From positions 4,137 to 68,136 of the forward strand of contig DATEDN010000172.1 in the NCBI GenBank assembly GCA_035281645.1: a DNA stretch of 64,000 nt. Direction: 5' to 3'. Position 1 is the first letter of the stretch. Each line of letters starts with the position of its first letter. This DNA is from Acidimicrobiia bacterium (GTDB lineage Bacteria > Actinomycetota > Acidimicrobiia > Spongiisociales > ZC4RG35). The translations under genes were made by a program, and so were the position numbers. Shown in pieces: positions 33,411 to 43,768 of this stretch. Under the pieces are notes generated by a model. That model made no database searches. It saw only the letters and a list, made by a program, of their open reading frames with translations, and was not told the origin of the DNA.

Positions 33411-36400
33411 TCACTCGCCCAGGATCACCCTCGCCACATGCCGCTGACCATCGTCGGTGAGGCCAATCTCGGAGTCCGGCGGCTGTTCGACCTCGTCGAG
33501 CCACAAGCTCTTTATTCCCCGCGTCGCCCCCTCCGGGTTCTCGACCCGGATCTCATATTGCGAGGAGTGGTAACGAAAGTTGATCTCGAAGCCCCGCCAC
33601 GCTCGGGGAATGCAGGGATCGATCCGGAGGCTTTGGCCCCGAAGGCGAAAGCCCAGAATCGACTCGACACCCGCCCGATACATCCAGCCTGCCGCCCCCG
33701 TGTACCAGGTCCATCCACCCCTCCCCACGTGCGGTGCTTCTGAGTAGATGTCGGCGGCCGCTACGTAAGGCTCAACTCGATAGCGATGGACGCCGGCTCG
33801 AGTGCTGGAGTGGTTTATCGGGTTCAAGATTCCGAACAGCTCACCGGCCCGATCGCCCTGGCCGAGAGTGGCGAAAGCGATGATGGCCCAGATGGCGGCA
33901 TGCGTGTACTGGCCGCCATTCTCCCGAATCCCAGACAGGTATCCCTTGATGTACCCAGGGTCGACATTCCAGCGATCGAAGGGAGGCGTGAAAAGAAGCA
34001 CCAAGCCGTCACCTCGCCTGACCAAGTACTCCTCCACTGCCGACATCGCCCGTTCGGCTCGCTCCGGCTGGCCACCCCCGTGCATGACCGACCAGGACTG
34101 GGCGATGGAGTCGATCCGGCACTCGGGATTCGCCGAAGACCCGAGCGGAGTTCCGTCGTCGAAGAAAGCCCGCAGATACCAGTCACCGTCCCAGGCCACC
34201 GCCTCCAATTGGCTCCTCATCTGCTCCGCCGAGCGCCTCCAACTCAAAGCCACTCGGCTCTTTCCGACCAAGTCAGCCAGCTCGGCAAAGCGGCGCAGGT
34301 TGGCATCGAGAAACCACCCCAACCAGACGCTTTCTCCCCGCCCTTCGATTCCTACCCGATTGAAGCCATCGTTCCAATCTCCCGAGCCGATCAGAGGCAG
34401 GCCATTGGGTCCGAGGCGCTGGCGAGCGCGGTCGAGGGCGCGCCGGCAATGATCGAACATCGTCCCTGTGCGAAAAGAGACCTCGGGCGTGAAGTAAGCC
34501 TCGTCCTCGTCGGGTTTTAGCTCCGGCCCAATGAGATAGGGAACCTCCTCCGCCAGCAGGTCGACGTCTCCTGTCACCTCGATGTAGTGCCCGACCGCAT
34601 AGGGCAGCCAGAGATAGTCATCGGAAATGCGGGTCCGCACACCCTTCCCTGACGGCTCGTGCCACCAATGCTGGACGTCGCCTTCTTCAAACTGGCGGCT
34701 CGCGGCGCGGAGGAGGTGAGCCCGTGTGGTCTCCCTCATCGGCACTGCGAGGGCCATCACGTCTTGCAGTTGATCCCGGAAACCGTACGCCCCGCCGGCT
34801 TGGTAGAAGGCCGATCGTCCCAGAACTCGACACGCCATGGCCTGATACAGGAGCCACTGGTTGATCATGATGTCGAAGGAGCGATCCGGGGTTCTCACCT
34901 GGAGGGCACCGAGAACGTCGCTCCACCGGGTCCTTACCGCCTCGCCAACCTCGTCTTGGGGGACGGATCGATATTGCTCGACCAAGGCCGATGCATGGGC
35001 CGCGTTCTCGCCTTGTCCGATCAGGAAGACGACCTCGATTTCGTCGCCGGGAGGGATGACGACCTGTCGTTGTAGAACCGCGCACGGATCGAACCCGGTG
35101 CCGGATCGACCTGAAAGACCACGTCGACGCTCGAGGGCAGCAGGGCGCTCGAGGCTACCGTGTCGCCCGAGAAACTCGGTGCGGTCGGTGGTCCAGGCGC
35201 CGACCTCCGCCCCAAAGTCGGCGAACGCCACCCGCGACCCGAAGTCTGCGTTCCAGGGGTTGCGAGCTATAAGAGCGCCGGTGCTGGTATCGCGCTCGCT
35301 AAAGATGTGGAACCGTTGGCCGACTCGGGTGGGCCCCAGCACCCATTCGACATAAGCGGTCAAGGTCAACCGTCGGCGGCGCCCGCTTTGATTTTGGAGA
35401 CGAAGCGTCGAGATCTTCACCGGGTCATCGAGAGGCACGGTCATTCGCAAGCGGCTGCGGATGCCGAAAGAGATGTGGTCGAACTCGGAGAACCCAGGTC
35501 CGTGGCGGACGACGTAGGTGGAGCCATGGTGGCGGATCGGGAGGGCAGTTGACCCCCACAGCTCACCGGTGTCGTCATCACGGATGTAGATGGTCTCGCC
35601 TGGCGGGTCGGATACCGGATCGTTCGACCAGGGCGTCAGCTGATTCTCCCGGCTGTTGCCGGCCCAGGTGAATCCCGCGCCCGATTCGGAGATGACAAAG
35701 CCGGCATTGTCGTTCGCGATCACGTTGATCCAGGGAGCCGGAGTCCACTGACCCTCGCCGAGAATCACGACGTATTCGGAAGCTCCCTCGGAAAACCCGC
35801 CGAGGCCGTTGCGAAACTCGAGGTCAATCCGGGGTTGTGGTCCTCCCGGTGATGGCGTTGGCGGGGTTTTGCGTCTCGAGGGCGCGGGAGCCGGAGGCCG
35901 GGGGCGGCGGGCGAGTTGGTCGGCCAACGTCCCGTGGTGGCTCAACACGATCGCGCGAGCGGTCGCCTGTAACAGGTTGCGGTCCGCGGCATCGAGAAGG
36001 TCGCCGCGGAAGAGGAAGACCCCCCCGTCGGGCTCGGGGCCGATGCCCCGCCCGGTGGTTCGCACCACTTCTTCGATCGTGGCATGGAGATCGGCCACAT
36101 AGGACCCGGGCTTCTCGTTGATGATCACGAGGTCTGCAGCCAGTCCTTTGGCCCGCCAGTATTCCTGGGCTCGGAGTAAGTCGCGGACGATCCCCCTGTC
36201 CTCGGGTTGATCGATTCGGAGCAGGACCACGGGAAGATCTCCCGAGATGCTGTGGCGCCAGAGCGCCGGCTGGCCACCGGTGGCCGCCGCCAGCGTTGCA
36301 GAAGGTGCGCGCATCGACGGGTCGACGTAGATCAGCCGCTGGGCGAGTTGTTGGAAAAGGTGAGCCTGTTCCGGCGTGACGCCGAGATGGTGCAATCGGA

Positions 36401-39400
36401 CCTGGGCCTGGGTCCAGGACCCCGTCAAACTCTGTTCGAACGCCCCCGGATCCGAGAACTTGTCGACCAGATCGAGCGCCTTCGCCCGGGAGGTCGCCAC
36501 CACGGTGCTGAAGCTGAGGTGAACGGTTTCCCCCGGTGGCACCCTGACCCGACGTCGCAAACTCAAGACCGGGTCAAGCACGCGTCCCACCGAGTTCGAC
36601 AGCGGACGATCGAGGGCGGCGGCCTCGTGGATCCGCCGTCCCCGGCCCAGAAAGCGAGCCCGGTCGGTCTCGAATTGAAGACCGCCTACAACTTCACCTT
36701 TGATCGCCACTACCTGGCCCGCCCAATAGGTTTCGTCACCAGCCGCTCGTGGTCGGCGATGGGCCAGGAGGGCGTCGTGGCCACCCACCGCCTCGGTTTG
36801 CACGAATAGGTTGGAAAAGGCGGGATGGGAGTCATCCGAGGACTGCGGTGCCAGCACCAATTCGGCATAAGAGGTGACTTCGATCTCCCGGGATGCGTTG
36901 TCGAGGTTGGTAAGGGTGAGGCGGCGAACCTCTACCTCATCTTCGGCCGAGACCACCACCTCGACAGTCGATCGCAGCGTTCCGTCACGCCGGCTGATCT
37001 CAGCCTTTCCCTCGGAGAATTGGACCTGATACGACTGGGGATTGACCCGGGTGGGCTGATAACCCGCCGACCAGATCGTGTCGCTGAGGTCATCACGGAT
37101 GAAAAGGAACGTGCCGTAGTTGTCAAGAGTCAGGTCCTCTCGCCAGCGCGTCACCGCCACACCGCCGAGCTTGCTGTATCCCGAGCCACTGTCGGTGATC
37201 ATCACCGAGTAGCGACCGTTCGAGAGCAGATGCGTCTCCGGTATCGCTCCCGTTGGCAGCCCGAGGTGTCGAACCGCGCCCTCGGCCTCCGTCCGCGGGT
37301 GAGCGGCCAGTGCCACCTCCTCGGCCCGCGGTCGAGCGACTTCGACGTCGCGAGGCACTCGCTCGTGCAGCAACAACTCGGCAGCCCGAACCGCCGGATC
37401 CGTGTGAAAGAGTTGGCGAATGACGCCACCGAAAACGACGTTGGCCAAGGCGATGATCGACATCGCTTGGTGATGTCCCATGTAGGCCTTCACGGTCACC
37501 CATTCCTCGTCTTCGGGGACTCGCGACGGGGTGAAGTCCACGGACTCGTAGAACCCATAGCGACCGAGCGCCCCCATGGTCGCCAGCCGCTCGAGATTCT
37601 GCAGCGCTCGACGAGGATCGATCATCGCCGCCAGCATCGACGCGTAGGGAGCTACCACCAGGTCCTCCGAGAGTCCGCGCTCGAAGCCCAGGCCGGGCAC
37701 TCCAAAGGCCGAATATTGATAGGTGAGCTGGAGGTCGCGAGCGGCAAATGCCGATTCGGAGATCCCCCAGGGGACACCTCGCTCCCGACCGTATTCGATT
37801 TGACGCCGCACCACGGCCCGGTAGGTCATGTCGAGCACGCTGTCGGTTGGTGAGTCCATTACCAAGAGCGGCATCAGGTACTCGAACATGGAGCCCGACC
37901 AAGAAATCAGGGCAGCATCCGCGCCAACCGGAGTCATCGAACGATTGAGGAGAAACCAGTGCGACGGAGGAAGGTCACCTTTGGCGATTCCGATAAAGCT
38001 GGCTAATCGAGCCTCCGAGGCGAGGAGGTCGTAATGGCTTTGATCGAGTGCTCCGTCGCTCAGCCGATAACCAACCGAAAGCAACTTGTTCTGCCGGTCC
38101 ATCAGGAACCCGAAGTCCATTCCGGTGGCCATCTCTACGGCCCAAGCCGAAATCGAATGCAGTCGCGTCCCAATCTCTTCATCGCTGACGTCTTGATCGA
38201 GCTCGTGGCTGTCGACGAGCCTCTGGAGCGCCATCGCCCATTCCAAAAGCTCTCCCGTCTCGGTTCCTGCCGCCAGGGTCTGGACGATGTCAACGAGGTT
38301 GTCGGCGGCTGCGGCCAGGGTGACTAGCCGATCGCTCTCTGACTGGCTTGCCGCCAGGAGGTCGATCAGGGCCTGGTCGAGATCACGGGGGGAGACGAAC
38401 TCGGTGTCGAGGCGATCGACCATTTGATCGGCGGTCTGGCGGATCAGAAGGGCGAGGTCACGGACTCCAAGGGCCAGCTCCGAGGGGCGCCCGACGAGGC
38501 GCAAGCACCCCTGGGAGAGAGCTAATAGATGTCCGGCCAAATTGCCGGAATCAACCGAGGAGATGTAACGAGGATTTAGTGGCTCGAGGGTGCGGGTGTC
38601 GTACCAGTTGAGGAGATGGCCTCCGTAGCGCTCGAGGCGGAACATGCCGGCCATCGTCTGCTCCCACCGGGTGATGGCCTCGACGGTGCCGATCCAGCCG
38701 AATTCCCTCGCCGCCAACACCGACAGGAGATAAAGGCCCAGGTTGGTGGGCGAGGTCCGATGAGCGATCGCCGCCGGCTCCTCCTGGAAATTGTCTGGCG
38801 GCAGATAGTTGTCGTCAGCTGTCACGAAGCGCTCGAAGTAGCTCCAAGTTTTCCGGGCGAGCAACCGGAATGCCTCCACCTCGGATACCTCGAGTGGTGC
38901 CGTCGGGGCGGGCCGCCTGGTCTTGCTCGCCTCATAGGCCAAATATGGAGCAGCCACCCAGGCCGCGGCCAGCGGTGCCGCCACCCAAAGCGCCACGGGC
39001 TTGACCAAGGCCGCGGCCGCAATGGCCGCCAGTCCCAGAAGCGCCGGCGGGGCCATCCGCTTTTGGAATTCGGCGAGTTCAAGACCAAAACGACGCTCAG
39101 CCTCTTCCGAGGTCATCCAGCGGAGCAGATGTCGTTTCGAGACCAGCATCCGCCAAAGGGTGGTGAGAATCGCATCCGCCATCACGAGCGCCTGATAGGC
39201 CAGGAACGAAATCTGGAGTCCGATCCGACCGAGAACCCGACCGGTATCTTCCAACCAGCGCTGGAATCTGATCGCTCCCGGCGTGGTGGTTCGGCGTGGG
39301 ACCAATCGTTCGAGCAGGGGAAGCATGGCCGGGAAGGCCAATGCGGCGATAACGAGAATGAGCGGTGACCAGAGCGGAACGGCGGGTATGACGCAGGCGG

Positions 39401-41810
39401 CCAACAGGAGGGCAAACGACGCCGGCCCGTTCAGACTGCGGCGCAGATTGTCGATCATCTTCAGGCGAGCGACGGCATCGAGGGCCCCTCTTCTTCCGAG
39501 GATCCAGGGCAGAAGTTGCCAGTCGCCCCTGACCCACCGATGCTGGCGCTGGATCGCCACTTCGTAGTGACTGGGAAACTCCTCGAAGACCTCGACGTTG
39601 GTGACCAGACCGGCGCGGGCGAAGCTGCCCTCGAAGAGGTCGTGTGAGAGCAATGCGTTATCCGGCACCCTCCCGGCCAGGGACGCCTCGAAGGCATCGA
39701 TGTCATAGATGCCCTTCCCGGCGTAGGAGCCCTCGGAGAAGAGGTCCTGGTAAACGTCACTCACCGCTGCTGCATAGGGATCGACCCCGGCTGGTGGTGA
39801 AAATGCTTGTTGATAGAAGGAGGTGCTCTCCGTACTGAGAAAGGGCGTCACCCTGGGCTGCAGGACCCCGTAACCATCTGTTACCCGTCCCAGGCCGGGT
39901 GAGAAAACCGGCTGATTGAGGGGATGGGCGATGGTGGCCACGAGCCGGGTCGCAGCTGCGGGGGGCAAACGAGAGTCAGCGTCGAGGGTGATGACGTAAC
40001 GAACTCCTTCCGGGGGCACCGTCTCGGGCAAGAACGAGGTGTCGGTCGCCCCGCGCAACAAGCGATTGAGCTCGTGGAGTTTTCCTCGTTTTCTCTCCCA
40101 GCCCATGTGTTGACCCTCACTGGGGTTGAAAAGCCGGTGACGCTGGAAGAGATGAAAGCGAGGTTCATCTGGCAGCGGGTGCCGCTCGTTGAGGCGGGCA
40201 ATCCCCGCCTCGGCCAAAGTGAAAAGCTCATTGTCGGAAGCGTCGTCGGCGTTCTCGGAGTCGCGGTAGTCGGAGACGAGCGCAAAACGGAACTCGCCCT
40301 CGGGATTGGCCAGGTAATGAACCTCAAGCCGGTCAACGAGCTCGTCGACCTGGCCAGCCCGAGTCAGCATTACCGGGATGGCCACCATGGTCTTCGATTC
40401 GGCATCGGGGCCTACGGCCAGATCGAGCGCTGGGAGCATCCCCGGTCGAACGAAGCCGGTAACAAGTCGATTGACGACACTGACTGCTAGGTCGGTGGCC
40501 GGGAAGAAGCCGATGAGGCCGACCAACAAGGCCAGCCAAGCTCCTCCCGCCTCGAGCGTTCTGACTAATGGAACTGCCAGGAAAACCAGGGCCAGCGAAA
40601 GGATCGACCCCCAGTAGACCGCCGCTGCTGATCGCTTGAGGCCGCGGCGAAGATGTTGCGTCCACGATGGCCGAAAGTCGATGGCGGATTCCAGTTCCGG
40701 GCGGCCCCGGTCTAACAAGAAGAATCCGGGATCCGCCTCCCGGCTCCGGCGCGGGCGTTGACGAGCGAGATCCGACGCCGTGCGGGCGATCTCAAGCTGG
40801 GTGTGATGCGAGCCTTTTGAAAGCTCCTCGACCACGTGGCGATAGAGATCGCGAGTGGCAAAGCTCATGCTTTTGAAGGCGGTGCCCTCCGAGAAGGTAG
40901 CGTCGACCAGGCTGACCCTTTCGACGAATTCGGACCACTCGAAGGATGAGATCTGGCGAAGGCTGGTGACGACGTTGCGCACGGTCACATTTGTCGCCGC
41001 CTGCCGCTGCTGGGCTTCGGTGACAAGCTCGTCGGGGCTTTGGCCCAGCCCGGCGAGATAGTCGAGCAGCCAGCTCAATCCAGCCGTGGTCTCCGGATCA
41101 CGGTCGCGCAGCCGCTGCAGCAGCTGGACGGCCATCGCTCGTGGAATTCGTTCCATCCTGCCCAGCTGCCGGAGGCCATCCTCGGGAAAGCGCCCACCGA
41201 CCTCGAGGAGAGAATCGGCAATCTGATCGGCTACCCGGCGCTGCCCCCTTGCCCGGATAATGATCTCTGCGAGCCGTCGCAGGTTCTCGATCATCACCAG
41301 GCGGATGGCGATTGGCATCGCCCAAAGCTCGCCGATGGTGAGAGGCTCTTCCTCCTGAAATGCGGCAATGAAGCGCTCGAGGGTTTCCGCCTCGAAGCGG
41401 CTGTCGTGATGGGCTACATACGCCCATGCGATCTCGTAGATGCGTGGATAGCCGGCCAGATGGCCGTTCTCAACCTTTGGAAGTTCGCGGTAGTAAGAAG
41501 CGGGCAGGGTCTTGCGCACCGCTGCCAGCTGCGCTTCGACCAGGTGGAAGTTATCCACCAGCCATTCCGCCGCGGGGGTGAGCATGCTCTCCTCGCGAAT
41601 TGCCTGGGCGAGCTCCCGATAGGCAGCGAGGAGAACGTGGCCGTTTTCCGTCAGTCGCCTCGAGATCAGGCGGAACCTTCCTGGCGCCGCGCTCAGCTCC
41701 TGGGTCTTGGCGAGGCTACGGGCATGCTCTTCCAGCCTCTCGACGCTGAATAGCTCCGCACGGATCGGTTCTCCGGCCGGCCCGGCCGGCGATTCCCATG
41801 GCCAGCGCAC
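33411..41810 (-). CDS. cyclic beta-1,2-glucan synthase-like protein (NdvB/ChvB/Cgs family), 2799 aa with a GT84 glycosyltransferase and a C-terminal GH94 phosphorylase-like domain
   Basis: Size matches Cgs (about 2830-2870 aa). First TM cluster lies about 400 aa in. GT84 hallmarks are present (ITLDADS DxD, GWERKRGKL, HRWVRGDWQ). More TM segments follow. The C-terminal roughly 1200 aa carry GH94 motifs (GYLSGIRENGGQYTHAAIW, WLGWFL). Confidence 0.8.
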   Translation of the reverse strand: MRWPWESPAGPAGEPIRAELFSVERLEEHARSLAKTQELSAAPGRFRLISRRLTENGHVLLAAYRELAQAIREESMLTPAAEWLVDNFHLVEAQLAAVRKTLPASYYRELPKVENGHLAGYPRIYEIAWAYVAHHDSRFEAETLERFIAAFQEEEPLTIGELWAMPIAIRLVMIENLRRLAEIIIRARGQRRVADQIADSLLEVGGRFPEDGLRQLGRMERIPRAMAVQLLQRLRDRDPETTAGLSWLLDYLAGLGQSPDELVTEAQQRQAATNVTVRNVVTSLRQISSFEWSEFVERVSLVDATFSEGTAFKSMSFATRDLYRHVVEELSKGSHHTQLEIARTASDLARQRPRRSREADPGFFLLDRGRPELESAIDFRPSWTQHLRRGLKRSAAAVYWGSILSLALVFLAVPLVRTLEAGGAWLALLVGLIGFFPATDLAVSVVNRLVTGFVRPGMLPALDLAVGPDAESKTMVAIPVMLTRAGQVDELVDRLEVHYLANPEGEFRFALVSDYRDSENADDASDNELFTLAEAGIARLNERHPLPDEPRFHLFQRHRLFNPSEGQHMGWERKRGKLHELNRLLRGATDTSFLPETVPPEGVRYVITLDADSRLPPAAATRLVATIAHPLNQPVFSPGLGRVTDGYGVLQPRVTPFLSTESTSFYQQAFSPPAGVDPYAAAVSDVYQDLFSEGSYAGKGIYDIDAFEASLAGRVPDNALLSHDLFEGSFARAGLVTNVEVFEEFPSHYEVAIQRQHRWVRGDWQLLPWILGRRGALDAVARLKMIDNLRRSLNGPASFALLLAACVIPAVPLWSPLILVIAALAFPAMLPLLERLVPRRTTTPGAIRFQRWLEDTGRVLGRIGLQISFLAYQALVMADAILTTLWRMLVSKRHLLRWMTSEEAERRFGLELAEFQKRMAPPALLGLAAIAAAALVKPVALWVAAPLAAAWVAAPYLAYEASKTRRPAPTAPLEVSEVEAFRLLARKTWSYFERFVTADDNYLPPDNFQEEPAAIAHRTSPTNLGLYLLSVLAAREFGWIGTVEAITRWEQTMAGMFRLERYGGHLLNWYDTRTLEPLNPRYISSVDSGNLAGHLLALSQGCLRLVGRPSELALGVRDLALLIRQTADQMVDRLDTEFVSPRDLDQALIDLLAASQSESDRLVTLAAAADNLVDIVQTLAAGTETGELLEWAMALQRLVDSHELDQDVSDEEIGTRLHSISAWAVEMATGMDFGFLMDRQNKLLSVGYRLSDGALDQSHYDLLASEARLASFIGIAKGDLPPSHWFLLNRSMTPVGADAALISWSGSMFEYLMPLLVMDSPTDSVLDMTYRAVVRRQIEYGRERGVPWGISESAFAARDLQLTYQYSAFGVPGLGFERGLSEDLVVAPYASMLAAMIDPRRALQNLERLATMGALGRYGFYESVDFTPSRVPEDEEWVTVKAYMGHHQAMSIIALANVVFGGVIRQLFHTDPAVRAAELLLHERVPRDVEVARPRAEEVALAAHPRTEAEGAVRHLGLPTGAIPETHLLSNGRYSVMITDSGSGYSKLGGVAVTRWREDLTLDNYGTFLFIRDDLSDTIWSAGYQPTRVNPQSYQVQFSEGKAEISRRDGTLRSTVEVVVSAEDEVEVRRLTLTNLDNASREIEVTSYAELVLAPQSSDDSHPAFSNLFVQTEAVGGHDALLAHRRPRAAGDETYWAGQVVAIKGEVVGGLQFETDRARFLGRGRRIHEAAALDRPLSNSVGRVLDPVLSLRRRVRVPPGETVHLSFSTVVATSRAKALDLVDKFSDPGAFEQSLTGSWTQAQVRLHHLGVTPEQAHLFQQLAQRLIYVDPSMRAPSATLAAATGGQPALWRHSISGDLPVVLLRIDQPEDRGIVRDLLRAQEYWRAKGLAADLVIINEKPGSYVADLHATIEEVVRTTGRGIGPEPDGGVFLFRGDLLDAADRNLLQATARAIVLSHHGTLADQLARRPRPPAPAPSRRKTPPTPSPGGPQPRIDLEFRNGLGGFSEGASEYVVILGEGQWTPAPWINVIANDNAGFVISESGAGFTWAGNSRENQLTPWSNDPVSDPPGETIYIRDDDTGELWGSTALPIRHHGSTYVVRHGPGFSEFDHISFGIRSRLRMTVPLDDPVKISTLRLQNQSGRRRRLTLTAYVEWVLGPTRVGQRFHIFSERDTSTGALIARNPWNADFGSRVAFADFGAEVGAWTTDRTEFLGRHGSLERPAALERRRGLSGRSGTGFDPCAVLQRQVVIPPGDEIEVVFLIGQGENAAHASALVEQYRSVPQDEVGEAVRTRWSDVLGALQVRTPDRSFDIMINQWLLYQAMACRVLGRSAFYQAGGAYGFRDQLQDVMALAVPMRETTRAHLLRAASRQFEEGDVQHWWHEPSGKGVRTRISDDYLWLPYAVGHYIEVTGDVDLLAEEVPYLIGPELKPDEDEAYFTPEVSFRTGTMFDHCRRALDRARQRLGPNGLPLIGSGDWNDGFNRVGIEGRGESVWLGWFLDANLRRFAELADLVGKSRVALSWRRSAEQMRSQLEAVAWDGDWYLRAFFDDGTPLGSSANPECRIDSIAQSWSVMHGGGQPERAERAMSAVEEYLVRRGDGLVLLFTPPFDRWNVDPGYIKGYLSGIRENGGQYTHAAIWAIIAFATLGQGDRAGELFGILNPINHSSTRAGVHRYRVEPYVAAADIYSEAPHVGRGGWTWYTGAAGWMYRAGVESILGFRLRGQSLRIDPCIPRAWRGFEINFRYHSSQYEIRVENPEGATRGIKSLWLDEVEQPPDSEIGLTDDGQRHVARVILGE

Positions 41811-41852
41811 GAAACTCAGAATAAGGGAGCTACCGCCCGGTCCTAACGTAGG

Positions 41853-42275
41853 TTGATGGACGCGGCCATCAAGGCGGCCCTAGATCGGGGCGGAATCGTC
41901 GACATCAGCACGGTCGGGGCCCAAACGGGGAGGAACAGGCGGATCGAGATCTATCTGCATCAATTCGATGGCCGCTACTACATCACCGGACGGCCCGGGC
42001 GCCGACGAGACTGGCTCGCCAATCTCATCGCCAACCCGCATTTCACGGTGCACTTAAAACGCGGATTGCAGGCGGACGTTCCTGCCGTGGCGGCGGAGAT
42101 CACCGACCCGGCTGAGCGCGAGCGCGTTATCTATCGCGCCCGAACGGAGAGCTGGAACGCCAGCCCCGATGATGCCCGAAGGGACATGGACTTCTGGGTG
42201 AAGACGTCTCCGCTGGTCGTCCTGGAGCCGACCGGACTAGGCGATGCCCACCGCCCGGAGGCCGACTTCCAGTAA
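41853..42275 (+). CDS. deazaflavin (F420)-dependent nitroreductase-family protein (Ddn/DUF385-like)
   Basis: 140-aa split-barrel pattern (STVGAQTGRNRRIEIYLHQFDGRYYITGR...DWLANLIANPHFTV). Divergent from the glucan synthase gene with a 42-bp intergenic. Its 3' end overlaps convergent aroB. Confidence 0.6.
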   Translation: MMDAAIKAALDRGGIVDISTVGAQTGRNRRIEIYLHQFDGRYYITGRPGRRRDWLANLIANPHFTVHLKRGLQADVPAVAAEITDPAERERVIYRARTESWNASPDDARRDMDFWVKTSPLVVLEPTGLGDAHRPEADFQ

Positions 42276-43265
42276 ATCGGAGCTGACCGGTTCCACCACC
42301 GGGGATCCGGGAGCTTTGAGGAGGACCATTCTGACTCCGGCGTTGGATCGCTTCTTGTCGCGAGCGATCATCTCCAAGGCCGAGTCCAGGGAAACTCCCG
42401 CGGCAGCTACTGGCAGTCCGAGCCCGAAGATTGTCTCGATGAGCTGGCGATGGTCGAAACCAAAGCGGGCGTTGGAAACGGTGGCTGCTGCCACCATCCC
42501 CACCGCCACTGCCAAGCCGTGGGGCATGGGAGCGAGGATCTCCACGGCATGCCCCACCGTGTGACCAAAATTGAGAATCGCCCGACGATCGCTTTCTCGA
42601 TAGTCAGCCTCGACCGTGGCTGCCTTCACCTTGACCGCCCGCTCCACCACCTCGCCGAGCGACAAGTCCTGACCACGCGAGGCCAAGATGTCGACCAAGT
42701 ATGGGTCGGCGACATATCCGGCCTTCAAGGCCTCCGCCAAGCCTTCCAGCCGCAGGGAGGGTGGCAGCGTTTCCAGAAGGTCGAGGTTGATGAGGACCCG
42801 GCTGGGGAGGTGGAAGGAACCGATCAGATTTTTGCCGGCGAAGTTGATTCCGGTTTTGCCCCCGATGGCGGCATCGACCGCCCCCAACAGAGTCGTTGGG
42901 TAAAAGACCGCTTCGATGCCGCGAAGCCAGGTGGCGGCAACAAATCCGGCCAAGTCGGTGGCAGCCCCTCCGCCGACGGCGAGAATCGTGTCGTGGCGGC
43001 CAAGGCCGAGTTCGGCCAGCCATTCGTAGACGCGGTTCACGACGATGAGTGATTTCGCCTCCTCCCGGTCGGGAAGCACAAACTGATCGGTGGCTCCGCT
43101 TCGGGCCGCGGCATCCGCAGCCGGCCCTAACGCTCCGGGCGAGAGCAATACCACCGTACGTTCCCGCGTCGCTCTCGGTGGCAAGAGGGGCTCGGGAAGT
43201 CCATGGCCGATGATGATCTCTGAGGCCTGCTCGGCAAGGGTGGGCGTGATCGTCAGTCGTGCCAC
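42237..43265 (-). CDS. aroB: 3-dehydroquinate synthase
   Basis: 342 aa with a GGG(A)xxD NAD-binding site and metal-binding His residues (HTVGHAVE). Confidence 0.9.
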   Translation of the reverse strand: MARLTITPTLAEQASEIIIGHGLPEPLLPPRATRERTVVLLSPGALGPAADAAARSGATDQFVLPDREEAKSLIVVNRVYEWLAELGLGRHDTILAVGGGAATDLAGFVAATWLRGIEAVFYPTTLLGAVDAAIGGKTGINFAGKNLIGSFHLPSRVLINLDLLETLPPSLRLEGLAEALKAGYVADPYLVDILASRGQDLSLGEVVERAVKVKAATVEADYRESDRRAILNFGHTVGHAVEILAPMPHGLAVAVGMVAAATVSNARFGFDHRQLIETIFGLGLPVAAAGVSLDSALEMIARDKKRSNAGVRMVLLKAPGSPVVEPVSSDLLEVGLRAVGIA

Positions 43266-43765
43266 AGCGCCTCCACCAGGTCGGCCGCTTCTACCGGAGA
43301 CAGCAAGTCGGTGCTGATGGCAAAGTCAGCAGCGGCTCGATACGCCTCCTGGCGGTCGTCGAGAATTCCCCGAAGCGACGCTTCGACGTCGTCGTCGAAG
43401 ATCAGGGGTCGATTGGTCCCCTTGCTCTCGGCGGCGATGCGAGCAGCCAGCGTCGCCGGCTCGGCCTGGACCCAGAAGATCAGCCCGGTGCGCCGCATCG
43501 TGTCTACGTTCTGAGATCGCAGCACTGCCCCTCCCCCAGTGGCCACCACCGCACCGGGGTGGGATGAAACCAACGCCACCGCTTCAGATTCCCGGATTCT
43601 GAATCCTGCCTCACCCTCGGTGGCGAAAAGCTCGGTGATATCACGGCCGGTGGCTTCCATCACCACATCGTCGGTATCGATGAACTTCCAGCCCTTGCGC
43701 TCGGCAATGATCTTTCCCAGGGTCGACTTGCCCGCCCCCATCATCCCAATCAGCCAGAGAGGCAT
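43253..43765 (-). CDS. aroK: shikimate kinase
   Basis: 170 aa with P-loop GMMGAGKST. Confidence 0.88.
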   Translation of the reverse strand: MPLWLIGMMGAGKSTLGKIIAERKGWKFIDTDDVVMEATGRDITELFATEGEAGFRIRESEAVALVSSHPGAVVATGGGAVLRSQNVDTMRRTGLIFWVQAEPATLAARIAAESKGTNRPLIFDDDVEASLRGILDDRQEAYRAAADFAISTDLLSPVEAADLVEALWHD

Positions 43766-43768
43766 CGG

